Assembly (NCBI GenBank): GCA_963702005.1
Contig: OY969696.1
Location: 512,001 to 576,000 of the forward strand
Direction: 5' to 3'
DNA: 64,000 nucleotides
Origin: Candidatus Aminicenantes bacterium
Lineage (GTDB): Bacteria > Acidobacteriota > Aminicenantia > Aminicenantales > JAFGBC01
Made by a program: the position numbers and the translations under genes. Below, one piece after another: positions 39,769-49,852 of this stretch. The notes beneath the pieces are model-generated. The model was not told the origin of the DNA. It ran no database searches and saw nothing but the letters and a program-made list of their open reading frames with translations. The stretch's first letter is position 1. Each line of letters begins with the position of its first letter.

Positions 39769-41610
39769 ATGAGAGCGGCGGACGTCTTCGATGTGATCGT
39801 CGTCGGAGCCGGCCATGCGGGATGCGAGGCCGCTCACGCCGCGGCTCGGATGGGCCTCGAAACCTGCCTGATCACGCTCCACCTCGAGACGATCGCCCAG
39901 ATGTCCTGCAATCCGGCCATCGGAGGGCTGGCCAAAGGTCATCTGGTGAGGGAAATAGATGCCCTCGGAGGGCTCATGGGAGCTCTGGCCGATGAGACGG
40001 GAATCCACTTTCGCCTTCTGAACCGGAGTCGCGGGCGCGCCGTTCAAGCGCCGCGGGCGCAATGCGATAAGGCGGCCTATCGTCATGCCATGAAGAGACG
40101 GCTCGAAACTGTCCCGAAGCTGAGGCTTCTACAGGGAATCGTCAGCGGGATATTGGAAAAGGGCCGGCGCGTCCAGGGAGTGATAACCCTGGACGGAGCC
40201 CGCCTAAAAGCTAAAGCCGTCATTCTCTCCCCGGGGACGTTCCTGAACGGCCTCATCCATATCGGCCTTAAGAGCTATCCCGCGGGCAGGGCCAATGAAC
40301 CTCCCTCCGTGGACCTGGCCCGATGCTTGAAGGAGTTAGGATTTAAAATATTTCGTTTGAAGACGGGAACCCCGATGAGGCTCGACGCCCGGACCATCGC
40401 TTGGAATAATTTCTCTCCTCAACCCGGCGACGAAAACCCCGTTCCGTTCTCGAGTCAAACGAAAGTGAAGCTTGAAAACAAGATCGTCTGCCACGCGGGG
40501 CGCACGAACGAACGGACCCATGAAGTCATCAGGAAGAACTTGGATAAATCGCCTCTTTACAGCGGGATCATCAAAGGCACGGGTCCGAGGTATTGTCCCT
40601 CGATTGAGGACAAAGTCGTCAAATTCTCCCATCATCCCAGGCATCAGTTCTTCCTCGAGCCCGAGGGGCTGGACACGGTTGAGGTCTATGTGAACGGACT
40701 GTCGACCAGCTTGCCCTATGAGGTTCAACAAGAAATCCTAAGGACCATTCCTGGCCTGGACGAAGCCGAAATCTTGCGACCGGGCTACGGAATCGAATAT
40801 GACGCCGCGGCGCCCGGCCAGATCAAGGAAACCCTGGAGTCGAAAACGATGGCCGGGCTTTTCCTGGCCGGCCAGATCAACGGCACTTCGGGCTACGAGG
40901 AAGCGGCGGCGCAAGGCCTTCTGGCTGGGATCAACGCCGCCCTGATGATAAAAGGGCAGAAGCCCTTCGTCCTTCGCCGGGATGAAGCATACGCCGGCGT
41001 CCTCATCGATGACCTCATTTCGACGGAAATTGAAGAGCCGTACAGGCTTTTCACCTCACGCGCCGAGTACAGGTTGAACCTTAGGATCGATAACGCCGAT
41101 AGCAGACTTACTCCGCACGGACGGCGGCTGGGCCTGATCGATGCCGCCGGTTGGGAGGAATTTCTGGGGAAGCAGGCCCGCATCAAAAAAGCCATGGATA
41201 GACTCCAGAAAGTCAGGATAAAAAACGACAGAAATGAAACGGTCAGCCTGAAAAGCCACTTAAAAAATCCGGGGATCGGTTTCGGAAGTGTGGTAGAATA
41301 TTTAAAATTTGACAAGACGCTCTCGGACGAAGAAATGAGACACATCGAGGCGGAGATTAAATACGAAGGATACCTCAAAAAGCAGGAAAAAGAGGTTTCC
41401 CGCCTCCTCAAAGCTGACCGCGTCAGGGTTCCGGCCGGCCTGGATTTCGAAAAAATTCCGGGACTCACGCGGGAGGCCGTCGAGAAGCTGAAAAAATTCG
41501 AACCTAAAACTCTGGGCGAAGCCAAAAAACTCCCCGGCCTGACCCCGGCCGCCATAACAAACCTCCAGCTTTTCCTTGAAGCGGATCGCGCGAAAGGGCG
41601 CCGGGCCTGA
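39769..41610 (+). CDS. mnmG: tRNA uridine 5-carboxymethylaminomethyl modification enzyme
   Basis: GAGHAGCEAA, MSCNPAIGG, GPRYCPSIEDK, GQINGTSGYEEA. Confidence 0.97.
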   Translation: MRAADVFDVIVVGAGHAGCEAAHAAARMGLETCLITLHLETIAQMSCNPAIGGLAKGHLVREIDALGGLMGALADETGIHFRLLNRSRGRAVQAPRAQCDKAAYRHAMKRRLETVPKLRLLQGIVSGILEKGRRVQGVITLDGARLKAKAVILSPGTFLNGLIHIGLKSYPAGRANEPPSVDLARCLKELGFKIFRLKTGTPMRLDARTIAWNNFSPQPGDENPVPFSSQTKVKLENKIVCHAGRTNERTHEVIRKNLDKSPLYSGIIKGTGPRYCPSIEDKVVKFSHHPRHQFFLEPEGLDTVEVYVNGLSTSLPYEVQQEILRTIPGLDEAEILRPGYGIEYDAAAPGQIKETLESKTMAGLFLAGQINGTSGYEEAAAQGLLAGINAALMIKGQKPFVLRRDEAYAGVLIDDLISTEIEEPYRLFTSRAEYRLNLRIDNADSRLTPHGRRLGLIDAAGWEEFLGKQARIKKAMDRLQKVRIKNDRNETVSLKSHLKNPGIGFGSVVEYLKFDKTLSDEEMRHIEAEIKYEGYLKKQEKEVSRLLKADRVRVPAGLDFEKIPGLTREAVEKLKKFEPKTLGEAKKLPGLTPAAITNLQLFLEADRAKGRRA

Positions 41611-41611
41611 A

Positions 41612-41627
41612 TGTTCCACGTGGAACA
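41612..41627. other. parS centromere-like site
   Basis: TGTTCCACGTGGAACA, a perfect parS palindrome 10 nt upstream of parA. Confidence 0.92.
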
Positions 41628-41637
41628 TTGAGCGATT

Positions 41638-42393
41638 ATGGGCAGGATTATAGCCGTAGCGAACCAGAAAGGCGGAGTCGGGAAGACCACGACGGCCATC
41701 AACCTGGGCGCCGCCCTTGCCGCAAGTAATCAGAGGGTCCTGTTGATTGACTTCGATCCCCAGGGGATGGCGACGACCGGGCTGGGGAAGGCCAAGGAGC
41801 CGGGCAAAGGCATTTATCAGGCTTTGATGAACGGCCGGTACCTGATGGACCTCATCCTTCAGGCCGGTCTCGATAATTACTATCTCTGTCCCTGCTCTCC
41901 CGAGCTCTCAGGGTTCGAGGCCGAAGTCTTCAACCAGGAGAACAATAAAATCCGGCTCAGGGAGGCTCTGTCCAGGATCAAAAAATATTTCAATTTTATC
42001 CTGGTCGACTGTCCCCCTTCGCTCAGCTTCCTGACCATCAACGCCCTGGCCGCGGCCGATTCCATCCTCATCCCCGTCCAATGCGAGTTCTTCTGCATGG
42101 AGGGGCTTCCCGACCTCCTTCACATCCTGGATGAAGTCCGCACCTACCTGAACCCCTCCTTGCGAATCGAGGGTGTCCTCCTGACCATGTTCGATGAAAG
42201 GACCAATTTGTCCAAGCAGGTCTCCGAGGAGATCAGAAAAACCCTCAAGAGCGTCGTCTATGAGGTCGTCATCCCCAGAAGCGTCAAGCTGGCCGAAGCC
42301 CCGAGTTTTGGTTTACCGATCGTGCTTTATGATATAAAATCCAGAGGGGCCGAGGCCTACCTGAGCCTCGCCCAGGAGATCCTGCGAAAATGA
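41638..42393 (+). CDS. parA: Chromosome partitioning ATPase
   Basis: NQKGGVGKTTT, DPQG, DCPPSL, LAEAPSFG. Confidence 0.96.
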   Translation: MGRIIAVANQKGGVGKTTTAINLGAALAASNQRVLLIDFDPQGMATTGLGKAKEPGKGIYQALMNGRYLMDLILQAGLDNYYLCPCSPELSGFEAEVFNQENNKIRLREALSRIKKYFNFILVDCPPSLSFLTINALAAADSILIPVQCEFFCMEGLPDLLHILDEVRTYLNPSLRIEGVLLTMFDERTNLSKQVSEEIRKTLKSVVYEVVIPRSVKLAEAPSFGLPIVLYDIKSRGAEAYLSLAQEILRK

Positions 42394-43244
42394 CCAAGAA
42401 GGCCTTAGGAAAAGGCTTGGGCGCGTTCATCCCGGAGAGCTACGGCGTCATCAAGGATGAGCGCTATGCCGAGATCGACATCGACAAGCTCAAGCCCAAC
42501 CCCCATCAGCCCCGTTCTCGGTTCGACGAGCGGGCGATCGCCGAGCTGGCGGGATCCATGAAGGAAAGCGGCGTCCTGCAGCCGATCATCGTCGTCCCTG
42601 AAGAGGATCACTATACGATAATCGTCGGGGAGAGGCGATGGCGAGCCGCTCGAAGGGCGGGGCTCAAGCGGATTCCGGTCCTGGTCCGGCATATCGCTAA
42701 GGAGAAACAACTCGAAATCTCGCTCCTGGAGAACCTCCACCGGGAAGACCTCGGGCCGCTCGAAGTCGCCCTGGCCTACCAAAGAATGATCCAGGAGCTG
42801 GGCTATACCCAGGATCAGGTCGCCGAGAAGGTCGGGAAGGATAGGACCTCGGTTACGAATTACCTTCGGCTCTTGAAGCTCCCCAAGGAGATCCAGGAGC
42901 ACCTCATCGAGGGCCGGCTTTCGATGGGGCACGCGCGAGCCCTGATTGGGCTTGAGCGAGCCGAGGAACAGCTCGCGCTGGCCAGAAGGATCATCAAGAA
43001 CAGCCTGTCCGTCCGGGACGTCGAAGACATTATCGGCGGCCACAGAAAAAAGCCCAAGGATAAGGAGGGGAAGAGGCGTCCGGCCGATGCCGACTTGATG
43101 GCGGTCCAGGAGGACCTCATCCGGACCCTGGGGACCAAAGTCGTCATCTCGGGCCGGCCGAGCGCCGGAGTCATTAGAATTCATTATTTTTCTCTGGATG
43201 AGCTCAACAGAATTTACGACCTCATCAAGAGGCTGAAAGGATGA
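42390..43244 (+). CDS. parB: Chromosome partitioning protein
   Basis: ALGKGLGA, QPR..F, GERRWRA, HTH, GHARAL. Confidence 0.96.
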   Translation: MTKKALGKGLGAFIPESYGVIKDERYAEIDIDKLKPNPHQPRSRFDERAIAELAGSMKESGVLQPIIVVPEEDHYTIIVGERRWRAARRAGLKRIPVLVRHIAKEKQLEISLLENLHREDLGPLEVALAYQRMIQELGYTQDQVAEKVGKDRTSVTNYLRLLKLPKEIQEHLIEGRLSMGHARALIGLERAEEQLALARRIIKNSLSVRDVEDIIGGHRKKPKDKEGKRRPADADLMAVQEDLIRTLGTKVVISGRPSAGVIRIHYFSLDELNRIYDLIKRLKG

Positions 43245-43251
43245 AAGAGAA

Positions 43252-43626
43252 ATGAAGGAAATCGACGAGAACAAGATCACGGGTTTTTTCGATAAGGACA
43301 CCGAGATCAAGGGCGAGCTGAATTTCAAGGGTTCCTTCCGGATCGACGGCCACTTCAACGGCAAGATCAACTCGGATTCTATCCTCATCGTCGGCGACAA
43401 AGGCAAGGTCGAGGCCGACATCCAAGTGGCCCACGTCATCATCAACGGAGAAATCAAGGGGACGATCCAGGCCAAGGACAAGGTGGAGATCCATAATCAA
43501 GGGCGGGTTTTCGGGACCATCATCACGCCCAAGCTCGTCGTCGAGGAAGGCGCTTATCTCGAAGCCCAGTGTCAGACAACCGAACACCCCGTCCAGCCCA
43601 AGCCGCACGGCAAGGATAAAATTTGA
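43252..43626 (+). CDS. Bactofilin (polymer-forming cytoskeletal protein)
   Basis: IKGELNF.GS.RIDG.F.G.I, I.G.IKG.I, VEEGA beta-helix repeats. Confidence 0.9.
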   Translation: MKEIDENKITGFFDKDTEIKGELNFKGSFRIDGHFNGKINSDSILIVGDKGKVEADIQVAHVIINGEIKGTIQAKDKVEIHNQGRVFGTIITPKLVVEEGAYLEAQCQTTEHPVQPKPHGKDKI

Positions 43627-44360
43627 AGCGGACCATGAGGCGCGCAGCCGGGATCATTCCCTCCCGATACGATTCGACACGGTTCCCGGGAAAAGCGCTC
43701 CGGCCCATCTTGGGAACGCCCATGATCCAGCGCGTTTACGAGGGAGCTGCAACGGCAAAACTCTTGAACAGGGTCCTCGTAGCCACGGACGACGAGCGGA
43801 TCATCGCCGCCGTGAAGGGCTTCGGCGGCGAAGCCGTCATGACATCGTCCCATCATCCGTCCGGGACGGAAAGGGTCGCCGAGGCAGCCCGCGCTCTTTC
43901 CGAACCCATCATCATCAACATCCAGGGCGACGAGCCCTTGATCGAAGGCGGCCTGATCGACGAGCTTGTCCAGGCCCTCCAGGACGAACGCGTTCCGATG
44001 GCATCGCTCATGGTCAAGACGGCCGACCTCAACTTGATCCACGACCGGAACATCGTCAAGGTCGTCGTCGACAAGGAGGGCTTTGCCCTCTACTTCTCCC
44101 GGGCTCCCATCCCCTACGATCCTTCCGATTATTTTCTGAGGCACGTCGGGATCTACGGCTATCAGCGCGATTTCCTGCTCGAGTTCAGCCGGCTCGCGCC
44201 GACTCGGCTCGAACAGAACGAAAGGCTCGAACAGCTCAGGGCCCTCGAGAACGGATTCCGGATCAAGATGGTCGAGACGTCGTTCTCGACCTTGAGCGTC
44301 GACGTGCCCGGCGATATAATCAAAGTCGAAGAGGTCTTGAAGAAGAGGGTCCATGGCTAA
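43623..44360 (+). CDS. kdsB: 3-deoxy-manno-octulosonate cytidylyltransferase
   Basis: SRYDSTRFPGK, SGTERV, NIQGDEP, LYFSRAPIP, LEQLRALE. Confidence 0.95.
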   Translation: MKRTMRRAAGIIPSRYDSTRFPGKALRPILGTPMIQRVYEGAATAKLLNRVLVATDDERIIAAVKGFGGEAVMTSSHHPSGTERVAEAARALSEPIIINIQGDEPLIEGGLIDELVQALQDERVPMASLMVKTADLNLIHDRNIVKVVVDKEGFALYFSRAPIPYDPSDYFLRHVGIYGYQRDFLLEFSRLAPTRLEQNERLEQLRALENGFRIKMVETSFSTLSVDVPGDIIKVEEVLKKRVHG

Positions 44361-45963
44361 GTATATTTTCGTAACGGGCGGAGTCCTTTCCGCGTTGGGA
44401 AAAGGGATCGCCGCGGCGTCGATCGGGAATCTTCTCGAAGGCCACGGCTATAAAATCAGCCTGGTGAAGTTCGATCCGTATCTAAACGTGGACCCGGGGA
44501 CGATGAACCCCTTCCAGCACGGAGAGGTCTATGTGACCGACGACGGGGCCGAGACCGACCTCGACCTCGGCCACTACGAGCGGTTCACGACGACGACGAC
44601 CGGAAAGCCCAACAACTGGACGGCCGGCAAGATCTACGACACGATCATCAAGAAGGAGCGGCGGGGCGAGTTCCTGGGCAAGACCGTTCAGGTCATTCCG
44701 CACGTCACCGATGAGATCAAGCGGTCGCTCGAAGCGGCCGCTGCCGGCAAGGACATCGTCATCGTCGAGATCGGGGGGACCGTTGGCGATATCGAGAGCC
44801 TGCCGTTTCTCGAGGCGACCCGGCAGATGCGCCTGACCCTGGGCGGGGGGAACGCGATCTTCGTCCATCTCACGCTTGTTCCCTACATTAAAACCTCGGG
44901 AGAGCTCAAGACCAAGCCGACCCAGCACAGCGTCAAGGAGCTCCGGACGATCGGGATCCAGCCCGACATCCTCCTCTGCCGGACGGATCGCTTCCTGACC
45001 CAGGACATCAAGTCTAAGATCGCGCTGTTCACCAACGTCCCCCTCGAGGCCGTCATCACGGCCAAGGACGTTGACAACATCTACGAGATCCCGCTCATCT
45101 TTGGCAAGGAAGGCCTGGACGCCATCGTCCTCAAGCTCCTCAAGCTTCCGGCCAAGAAGAGAAACATCGAACGCTGGCGGACGCTGGTCCGGAGGATGGA
45201 GAAGCCTTCGGGCGAGGTCGATATCGCGGTCGTGGGCAAATACGCGGGCTTCCAGGATTCCTACTTGAGCCTCAAGGAAGCCCTCAAACACGGCGGCATC
45301 GCCCACGGGCTCAACGTCAACATCCACTGGATCGAGGCCGAGGAGTTCGAGCAGGGGCGGCCGCCCAAAGCGCTTCGCGGCATGGACGGAATTCTCATCC
45401 CGGGCGGGTTCGGCCAGCGCGGCATCGAGGGCAAGGTGCGGGTCGCCGGCTATGCGCGGGAGAAGAAAGTTCCCTTCTTCGGCATCTGCCTCGGCATGCA
45501 GTGCGCCGTCATCGAATTCAGCCGGAACGTCGCGGGGCTCAAAGGCGCCCACAGCACGGAGTTCGATCCGGAGACGCCCCACAAAGTCTTCTTCCTGTGG
45601 CGCGAGCTCAAGCGGGATCATGAGCTGGGCGGGACGATGCGGCTCGGCCAGTACGCTTGCGCCCTCGAAAAAAACACGGTTGCATATAGGGCTTATCGGA
45701 GCGCGAATATTTTTGAGCGCCATCGCCATCGCTACGAATTTAATCCCGAGTATGAAGCGCGGCTGGCCCTGGCCGGGATGGTTTTTTCGGGGCGGAACAT
45801 CGAACATAAGCTCATCGAGATCGTCGAGCTCAGGAACCATCCCTGGTTCCTGGGCTGCCAGTTCCACCCCGAATTCAAGTCCCGTCCCCTGACGCCTCAT
45901 CCTCTCTTCAAAGCCTTCATCGGAGCGAGCCATGCCCACGGTCTCGAAAACCATAAGTCTTGA
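44353..45963 (+). CDS. pyrG: CTP synthase
   Basis: TGGVLSALGKG, DPGTMNPFQHGEV, GICLGMQ, ERHRHRYE, QFHPE. Confidence 0.98.
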   Translation: MAKYIFVTGGVLSALGKGIAAASIGNLLEGHGYKISLVKFDPYLNVDPGTMNPFQHGEVYVTDDGAETDLDLGHYERFTTTTTGKPNNWTAGKIYDTIIKKERRGEFLGKTVQVIPHVTDEIKRSLEAAAAGKDIVIVEIGGTVGDIESLPFLEATRQMRLTLGGGNAIFVHLTLVPYIKTSGELKTKPTQHSVKELRTIGIQPDILLCRTDRFLTQDIKSKIALFTNVPLEAVITAKDVDNIYEIPLIFGKEGLDAIVLKLLKLPAKKRNIERWRTLVRRMEKPSGEVDIAVVGKYAGFQDSYLSLKEALKHGGIAHGLNVNIHWIEAEEFEQGRPPKALRGMDGILIPGGFGQRGIEGKVRVAGYAREKKVPFFGICLGMQCAVIEFSRNVAGLKGAHSTEFDPETPHKVFFLWRELKRDHELGGTMRLGQYACALEKNTVAYRAYRSANIFERHRHRYEFNPEYEARLALAGMVFSGRNIEHKLIEIVELRNHPWFLGCQFHPEFKSRPLTPHPLFKAFIGASHAHGLENHKS

Positions 45964-46774
45964 CGGCGACGTCGTCCTCGGCGGCGGGCCGCTTTTTCTC
46001 ATCGGCGGCCCGTGCGTCATCGAAAGCCGCGCCCACGCTCTGTTCCTGGCCCGCGAGATCAAGGCCGTTTGCGCTGAGCTCAGTCTCCCTTACGTCTTCA
46101 AGGCCTCCTTTGACAAAGCCAACCGCTCCTCGCTCGAGTCCTACCGCGGCCCCGGACTCGAAGAAGGGCTCGACATCCTGCGCGAGGTCAAGGCCGAGGC
46201 GGGCGTTCCCGTCCTGTCCGACGTCCACGAAACGGCCCAGGTCGCCAAGGCGGCCGAGGTCCTGGACGTCATTCAAATCCCGGCCTTCCTCTGCCGGCAG
46301 ACGGACCTCATCCTCGAAGCGGCCGGAACCGGGCGGGCCGTCAACATCAAGAAGGGACAGTTCATGTCCCCCTCCGAGATGAAGAACGCGGTGGACAAAG
46401 CCGGGAGCGCCGGAAACGAGAAAGTCCTCCTGACCGAGAGGGGAACTTTCTTCGGCTACAATAACCTTGTCTTCGACATTCGTTCCATCCCGACCATGAA
46501 GGCGTGGGGCTGCCCGGTCGTCATCGACGCCTCCCATCTCGTCCAGAAGCCGGGCGGCCGGGGGACGGTTTCGGGAGGCGAGGCGGACTTCATTCCGCTC
46601 ATGGCTAAGGCCGGAGTCACGGCCGGAGCCGACGGCGTTTTCCTCGAGATCCATGAGGAGCCGGAGCGCGCCCTGTCGGACAAGTCTAACTCGTTGAAAT
46701 TAAATAAATTAAAAGGATTGCTCCGGACTCTGCTTCGCCTCAGATCGGCCCTGGAAACGGAGCGCAACGGGTAA
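45932..46774 (+). CDS. kdsA: KDO-8-phosphate synthase
   Basis: GPCVIE, KASFDKANRSS, PAFLCRQTD, ERGTFFGYNNLV. Confidence 0.96.
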   Translation: MPTVSKTISLDGDVVLGGGPLFLIGGPCVIESRAHALFLAREIKAVCAELSLPYVFKASFDKANRSSLESYRGPGLEEGLDILREVKAEAGVPVLSDVHETAQVAKAAEVLDVIQIPAFLCRQTDLILEAAGTGRAVNIKKGQFMSPSEMKNAVDKAGSAGNEKVLLTERGTFFGYNNLVFDIRSIPTMKAWGCPVVIDASHLVQKPGGRGTVSGGEADFIPLMAKAGVTAGADGVFLEIHEEPERALSDKSNSLKLNKLKGLLRTLLRLRSALETERNG

Positions 46775-46778
46775 GGCC

Positions 46779-47750
46779 ATGACGAAGAAGGATATCATCA
46801 AAACAGGCCGCGACGTCCTGGCCGTCGAAGCCCGGGCCGTCGAAGGGCTCGTCGGCAGGCTCGGCGAGGAATTCGCCCGGGCCGTCGAGCTGCTGTCGAG
46901 ATCGCGGTCCCGGGTCATCGTGACCGGGATGGGGAAATCCGGGCTCATCGGACGCAAGATGGCGGCCACCTTGGCCAGCTGCGGCACTCCCGCCATGTTT
47001 GTCCACCCGGCCGAGGCGGGCCACGGCGACCTTGGTATGCTTCTCAAGGACGACGTCCTCATCGCCATTTCCTACTCGGGCGAGACGAAGGAGATCGTCT
47101 ACCTGCTCGAGTTTTTCAAGCGGATCGGCGTCAAGCTCATCTCGATCACCGGCAGCCGCAATTCACGGATCGCCCGCTACAGCGACATCGTCCTCGACGC
47201 CAAGGTCGACCGCGAAGCGGGTCCGAGCAACATCGTCCCCACGGCGAGCTCGACGGCCGCCCTGGCTCTGGGCGACGCGCTGGCCATCGCCCTCATGAAG
47301 AAGAAAGGGTTCAGCGAGCGGGATTTCGCCCTCGTCCATCCCAAGGGCCAGATCGGGAAGCGCCTCCTCCGGGTCGGAAGCCTGATGCGGCGCGGCCCGA
47401 AGATCCCGACGGTCGGGACGACGGCCCCAATGGGCGACGTCATCGAAGAGATGACGGCGAAACGGGTCGGCATGACCTGCATCGTCGACGACGACCGGAA
47501 GCTGGTCGGAATCATCACCGACGGCGACCTGCGCCGGCTCCTCCGCAAGCACCAGGAGGGCGTCCTGAGGATGACGGCCGGAGACTGCATGACGCGCGAT
47601 CCGATCACGGTCGATAAGAAGGAGCTGGCGACCGAGGCCCTTAACCTCATGGAAAATAAACGGATCACTTCTTTGGTCATCAAGGGCAAGGACGGCCGGG
47701 TCGAGGGCGTCATCCACCTCCACGACCTGTGGCGGACCGAGATGTTCTGA
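46779..47750 (+). CDS. kdsD: Arabinose-5-phosphate isomerase (SIS + CBS)
   Basis: GMGKSG, HPAEA.HGDLG, PT.SST, GIITDGDLRR. Confidence 0.94.
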   Translation: MTKKDIIKTGRDVLAVEARAVEGLVGRLGEEFARAVELLSRSRSRVIVTGMGKSGLIGRKMAATLASCGTPAMFVHPAEAGHGDLGMLLKDDVLIAISYSGETKEIVYLLEFFKRIGVKLISITGSRNSRIARYSDIVLDAKVDREAGPSNIVPTASSTAALALGDALAIALMKKKGFSERDFALVHPKGQIGKRLLRVGSLMRRGPKIPTVGTTAPMGDVIEEMTAKRVGMTCIVDDDRKLVGIITDGDLRRLLRKHQEGVLRMTAGDCMTRDPITVDKKELATEALNLMENKRITSLVIKGKDGRVEGVIHLHDLWRTEMF

Positions 47751-48463
47751 TGAGCCTCCGCAACAAAGCCCGGGCGATCAAGCTCATCCTGATGGACGTC
47801 GACGGGACGCTGACCGACGGGTCTCTGGTCATTCTGCCCGACGGCGAAGAGGTCAAGGCCTACAACGTCCGGGACGGGATGGGAATCCTGATGGCGCGCA
47901 AAGCGGGGATCGAGGTCGGGATTATCACCGGCAAGACCTCGCGCTCCCTCGATCATCGCTCGGCTAAGCTCCACCTGGCCGAGGTTCACCAGGGCGTGAC
48001 CGACAAGGGCAAGGTTCTGGCCGAGATCCTCGAGCGGCGCAAGCTCGCGGCCGAGGAAGTCGCCTACATCGGGGACGACCTGGGAGACCTCGACGTCCTC
48101 CGGGCCGTCGGGCTGGCGGGCGCGGTCGGAGACGCCCATCCGCTCGTTCGCAAGCACAGCGACTATGTCTGCCGCCGGCCGGGAGGGAAGGGCGCCGTCC
48201 GGGAGTTCATCGAAATCATCATCAAGAGCCAGGGTCAATGGGAGACGGTCATGTCCGGACTGTCCGGCCTGCTCGACCCATTCGCAGACGCTACCCCGCC
48301 TAGAAGGCGGGGCTTAAAATCGGAGCCCCGCCTTTCAAGGCGGGGACGAGAAGCGAGGCTCAGGGTTAACCCCGAACAAGCCCCGGCATTCATGCCGGGG
48401 AGCCAAGGGGTTGACCTCAAAGGGGAACCGGCCGCCCGGGCTCCCCGGCGCAAGCGATCGTGA
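47750..48463 (+). CDS. kdsC: KDO-8-phosphate phosphatase, C-terminal tail lengthened by an in-frame element
   Basis: DVDGTLTDG, YIGDDLGD, GG.GAVRE; start MSLRNK. Confidence 0.92.
   Translation: MSLRNKARAIKLILMDVDGTLTDGSLVILPDGEEVKAYNVRDGMGILMARKAGIEVGIITGKTSRSLDHRSAKLHLAEVHQGVTDKGKVLAEILERRKLAAEEVAYIGDDLGDLDVLRAVGLAGAVGDAHPLVRKHSDYVCRRPGGKGAVREFIEIIIKSQGQWETVMSGLSGLLDPFADATPPRRRGLKSEPRLSRRGREARLRVNPEQAPAFMPGSQGVDLKGEPAARAPRRKRS
48278..48415 (+). mobile_element. Non-autonomous hairpin element (IS200/IS605-end-like), copy B
   Basis: Three CCCCG...CGGGG hairpins (48294-48312, 48326-48345, 48381-48400); follows TCGAC and ends GGGGTTGAC; 138 nt. Confidence 0.7.
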
Positions 48464-48475
48464 TGGAGGAGGACC

Positions 48476-49852
48476 ATGGAGGTCAACCCTAACATCTTCC
48501 GCGAGTACGACATCCGGGGGATCGTCGACAAGGACCTCGACGCCGGCGTCGTTGAAACACTGGGCCGAGCCGCTGGAACATATTTCCGGCGGGAAGGGAA
48601 GCGGACGGTCGCCGTCGGCCGGGACTGCCGGCTGAGCTCGCCGGGCTTCTTCACGGCGATGGCGCGGGGGCTCCAGGCGACGGGCTGCCGTGTCGTTGAC
48701 CTCGGCGTCATCCCGACTCCGCTCCTCTATTTCAGCATCTTCTATAAGAACTACGAAGCCGGCGTCATGATCACGGGTTCCCACAACCCGCCCGACCAGA
48801 ACGGCTTCAAGCTCATGTCCGGCCGGGACACCCTCTACGGGCCGACCATCCAGGAGCTTTATGGACTGATCCGGGACCGTCGGCTCCTCGAGGAGGCGGG
48901 CGGAAGCCTGACTTCCTACGCCCTCATCCCCGAGTATACGGATTATGTCCTGGCCAATATCTCCCCCCTGAAGAATCTTCGCGTCGTCGTCGACGCCGGG
49001 AACGGCACGGCCGGAGTCGTGGCCGTCCCGATCTTACGCAAACTCGGATGCGAGGTGACCGAGCTCTATTGCGACATGGACGGCCGCTTCCCCCACCACC
49101 ATCCGGACCCGACGCTGCCCGAAGCCATGGAGGACCTCATCCGGACCGTCCGCGAGACGAAAGCCGACCTGGGCATCGCCTATGACGGAGACGGCGACCG
49201 AATCGGCGCCGTCGACGATCAAGGCCGCATCGTTTGGGGAGACCAGCTCATGGTCGTCTTCAGCCGCGACGTTCTGGCCCGCAATCCCGGCGCGGCCATT
49301 ATTTCGGAGGTCAAGGCCTCCAAGACGCTCTACGAGGAAATCGAGAAACTGGGCGGCCGCCCCATCATGTGGAAGACGGGCCATTCCCTGATCAAGAAGA
49401 AGATCAAGGAGGAGAAAGCGCTCCTCGCCGGGGAGATGAGCGGACACATCTTCTTCGCCGACCGCTTCTTCGGGTTCGACGACGCCATCTACGCCTCGGC
49501 TCGGCTGCTCGAGATCCTGTCCTCATCGAAGCGGAAGCTGTCCGACATGCTGGCCGACCTGCCCAAAACCTACACGACGCCGGAGATCAGGGTTTACGCT
49601 TCGGAGGAGGTCAAGTTCAAGATCGTGGACGAGGTCCGCAAGGAACTTGCCAAGAGCCACTCCGTCATCGATATCGACGGCGTCCGGGCCATCTATTCGC
49701 GCGGCTGGGGGTTGGTCCGGGCTTCCAACACCCAAGCCGTCCTCGTCTTGCGCTTCGAGGCCGATACGCCCGAGGACCTGGCCGCCATTCAAAAAGACGT
49801 CCGGGGCGTCCTCGAGTCGGTCATTAAAAAGTTGGAGCCGAACTCGAAATGA
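48476..49852 (+). CDS. Phosphomannomutase/phosphoglucomutase
   Basis: FREYDIRG, ITGSHNP, DGDGDR, GEMSGH, VRASNT. Confidence 0.95.
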   Translation: MEVNPNIFREYDIRGIVDKDLDAGVVETLGRAAGTYFRREGKRTVAVGRDCRLSSPGFFTAMARGLQATGCRVVDLGVIPTPLLYFSIFYKNYEAGVMITGSHNPPDQNGFKLMSGRDTLYGPTIQELYGLIRDRRLLEEAGGSLTSYALIPEYTDYVLANISPLKNLRVVVDAGNGTAGVVAVPILRKLGCEVTELYCDMDGRFPHHHPDPTLPEAMEDLIRTVRETKADLGIAYDGDGDRIGAVDDQGRIVWGDQLMVVFSRDVLARNPGAAIISEVKASKTLYEEIEKLGGRPIMWKTGHSLIKKKIKEEKALLAGEMSGHIFFADRFFGFDDAIYASARLLEILSSSKRKLSDMLADLPKTYTTPEIRVYASEEVKFKIVDEVRKELAKSHSVIDIDGVRAIYSRGWGLVRASNTQAVLVLRFEADTPEDLAAIQKDVRGVLESVIKKLEPNSK

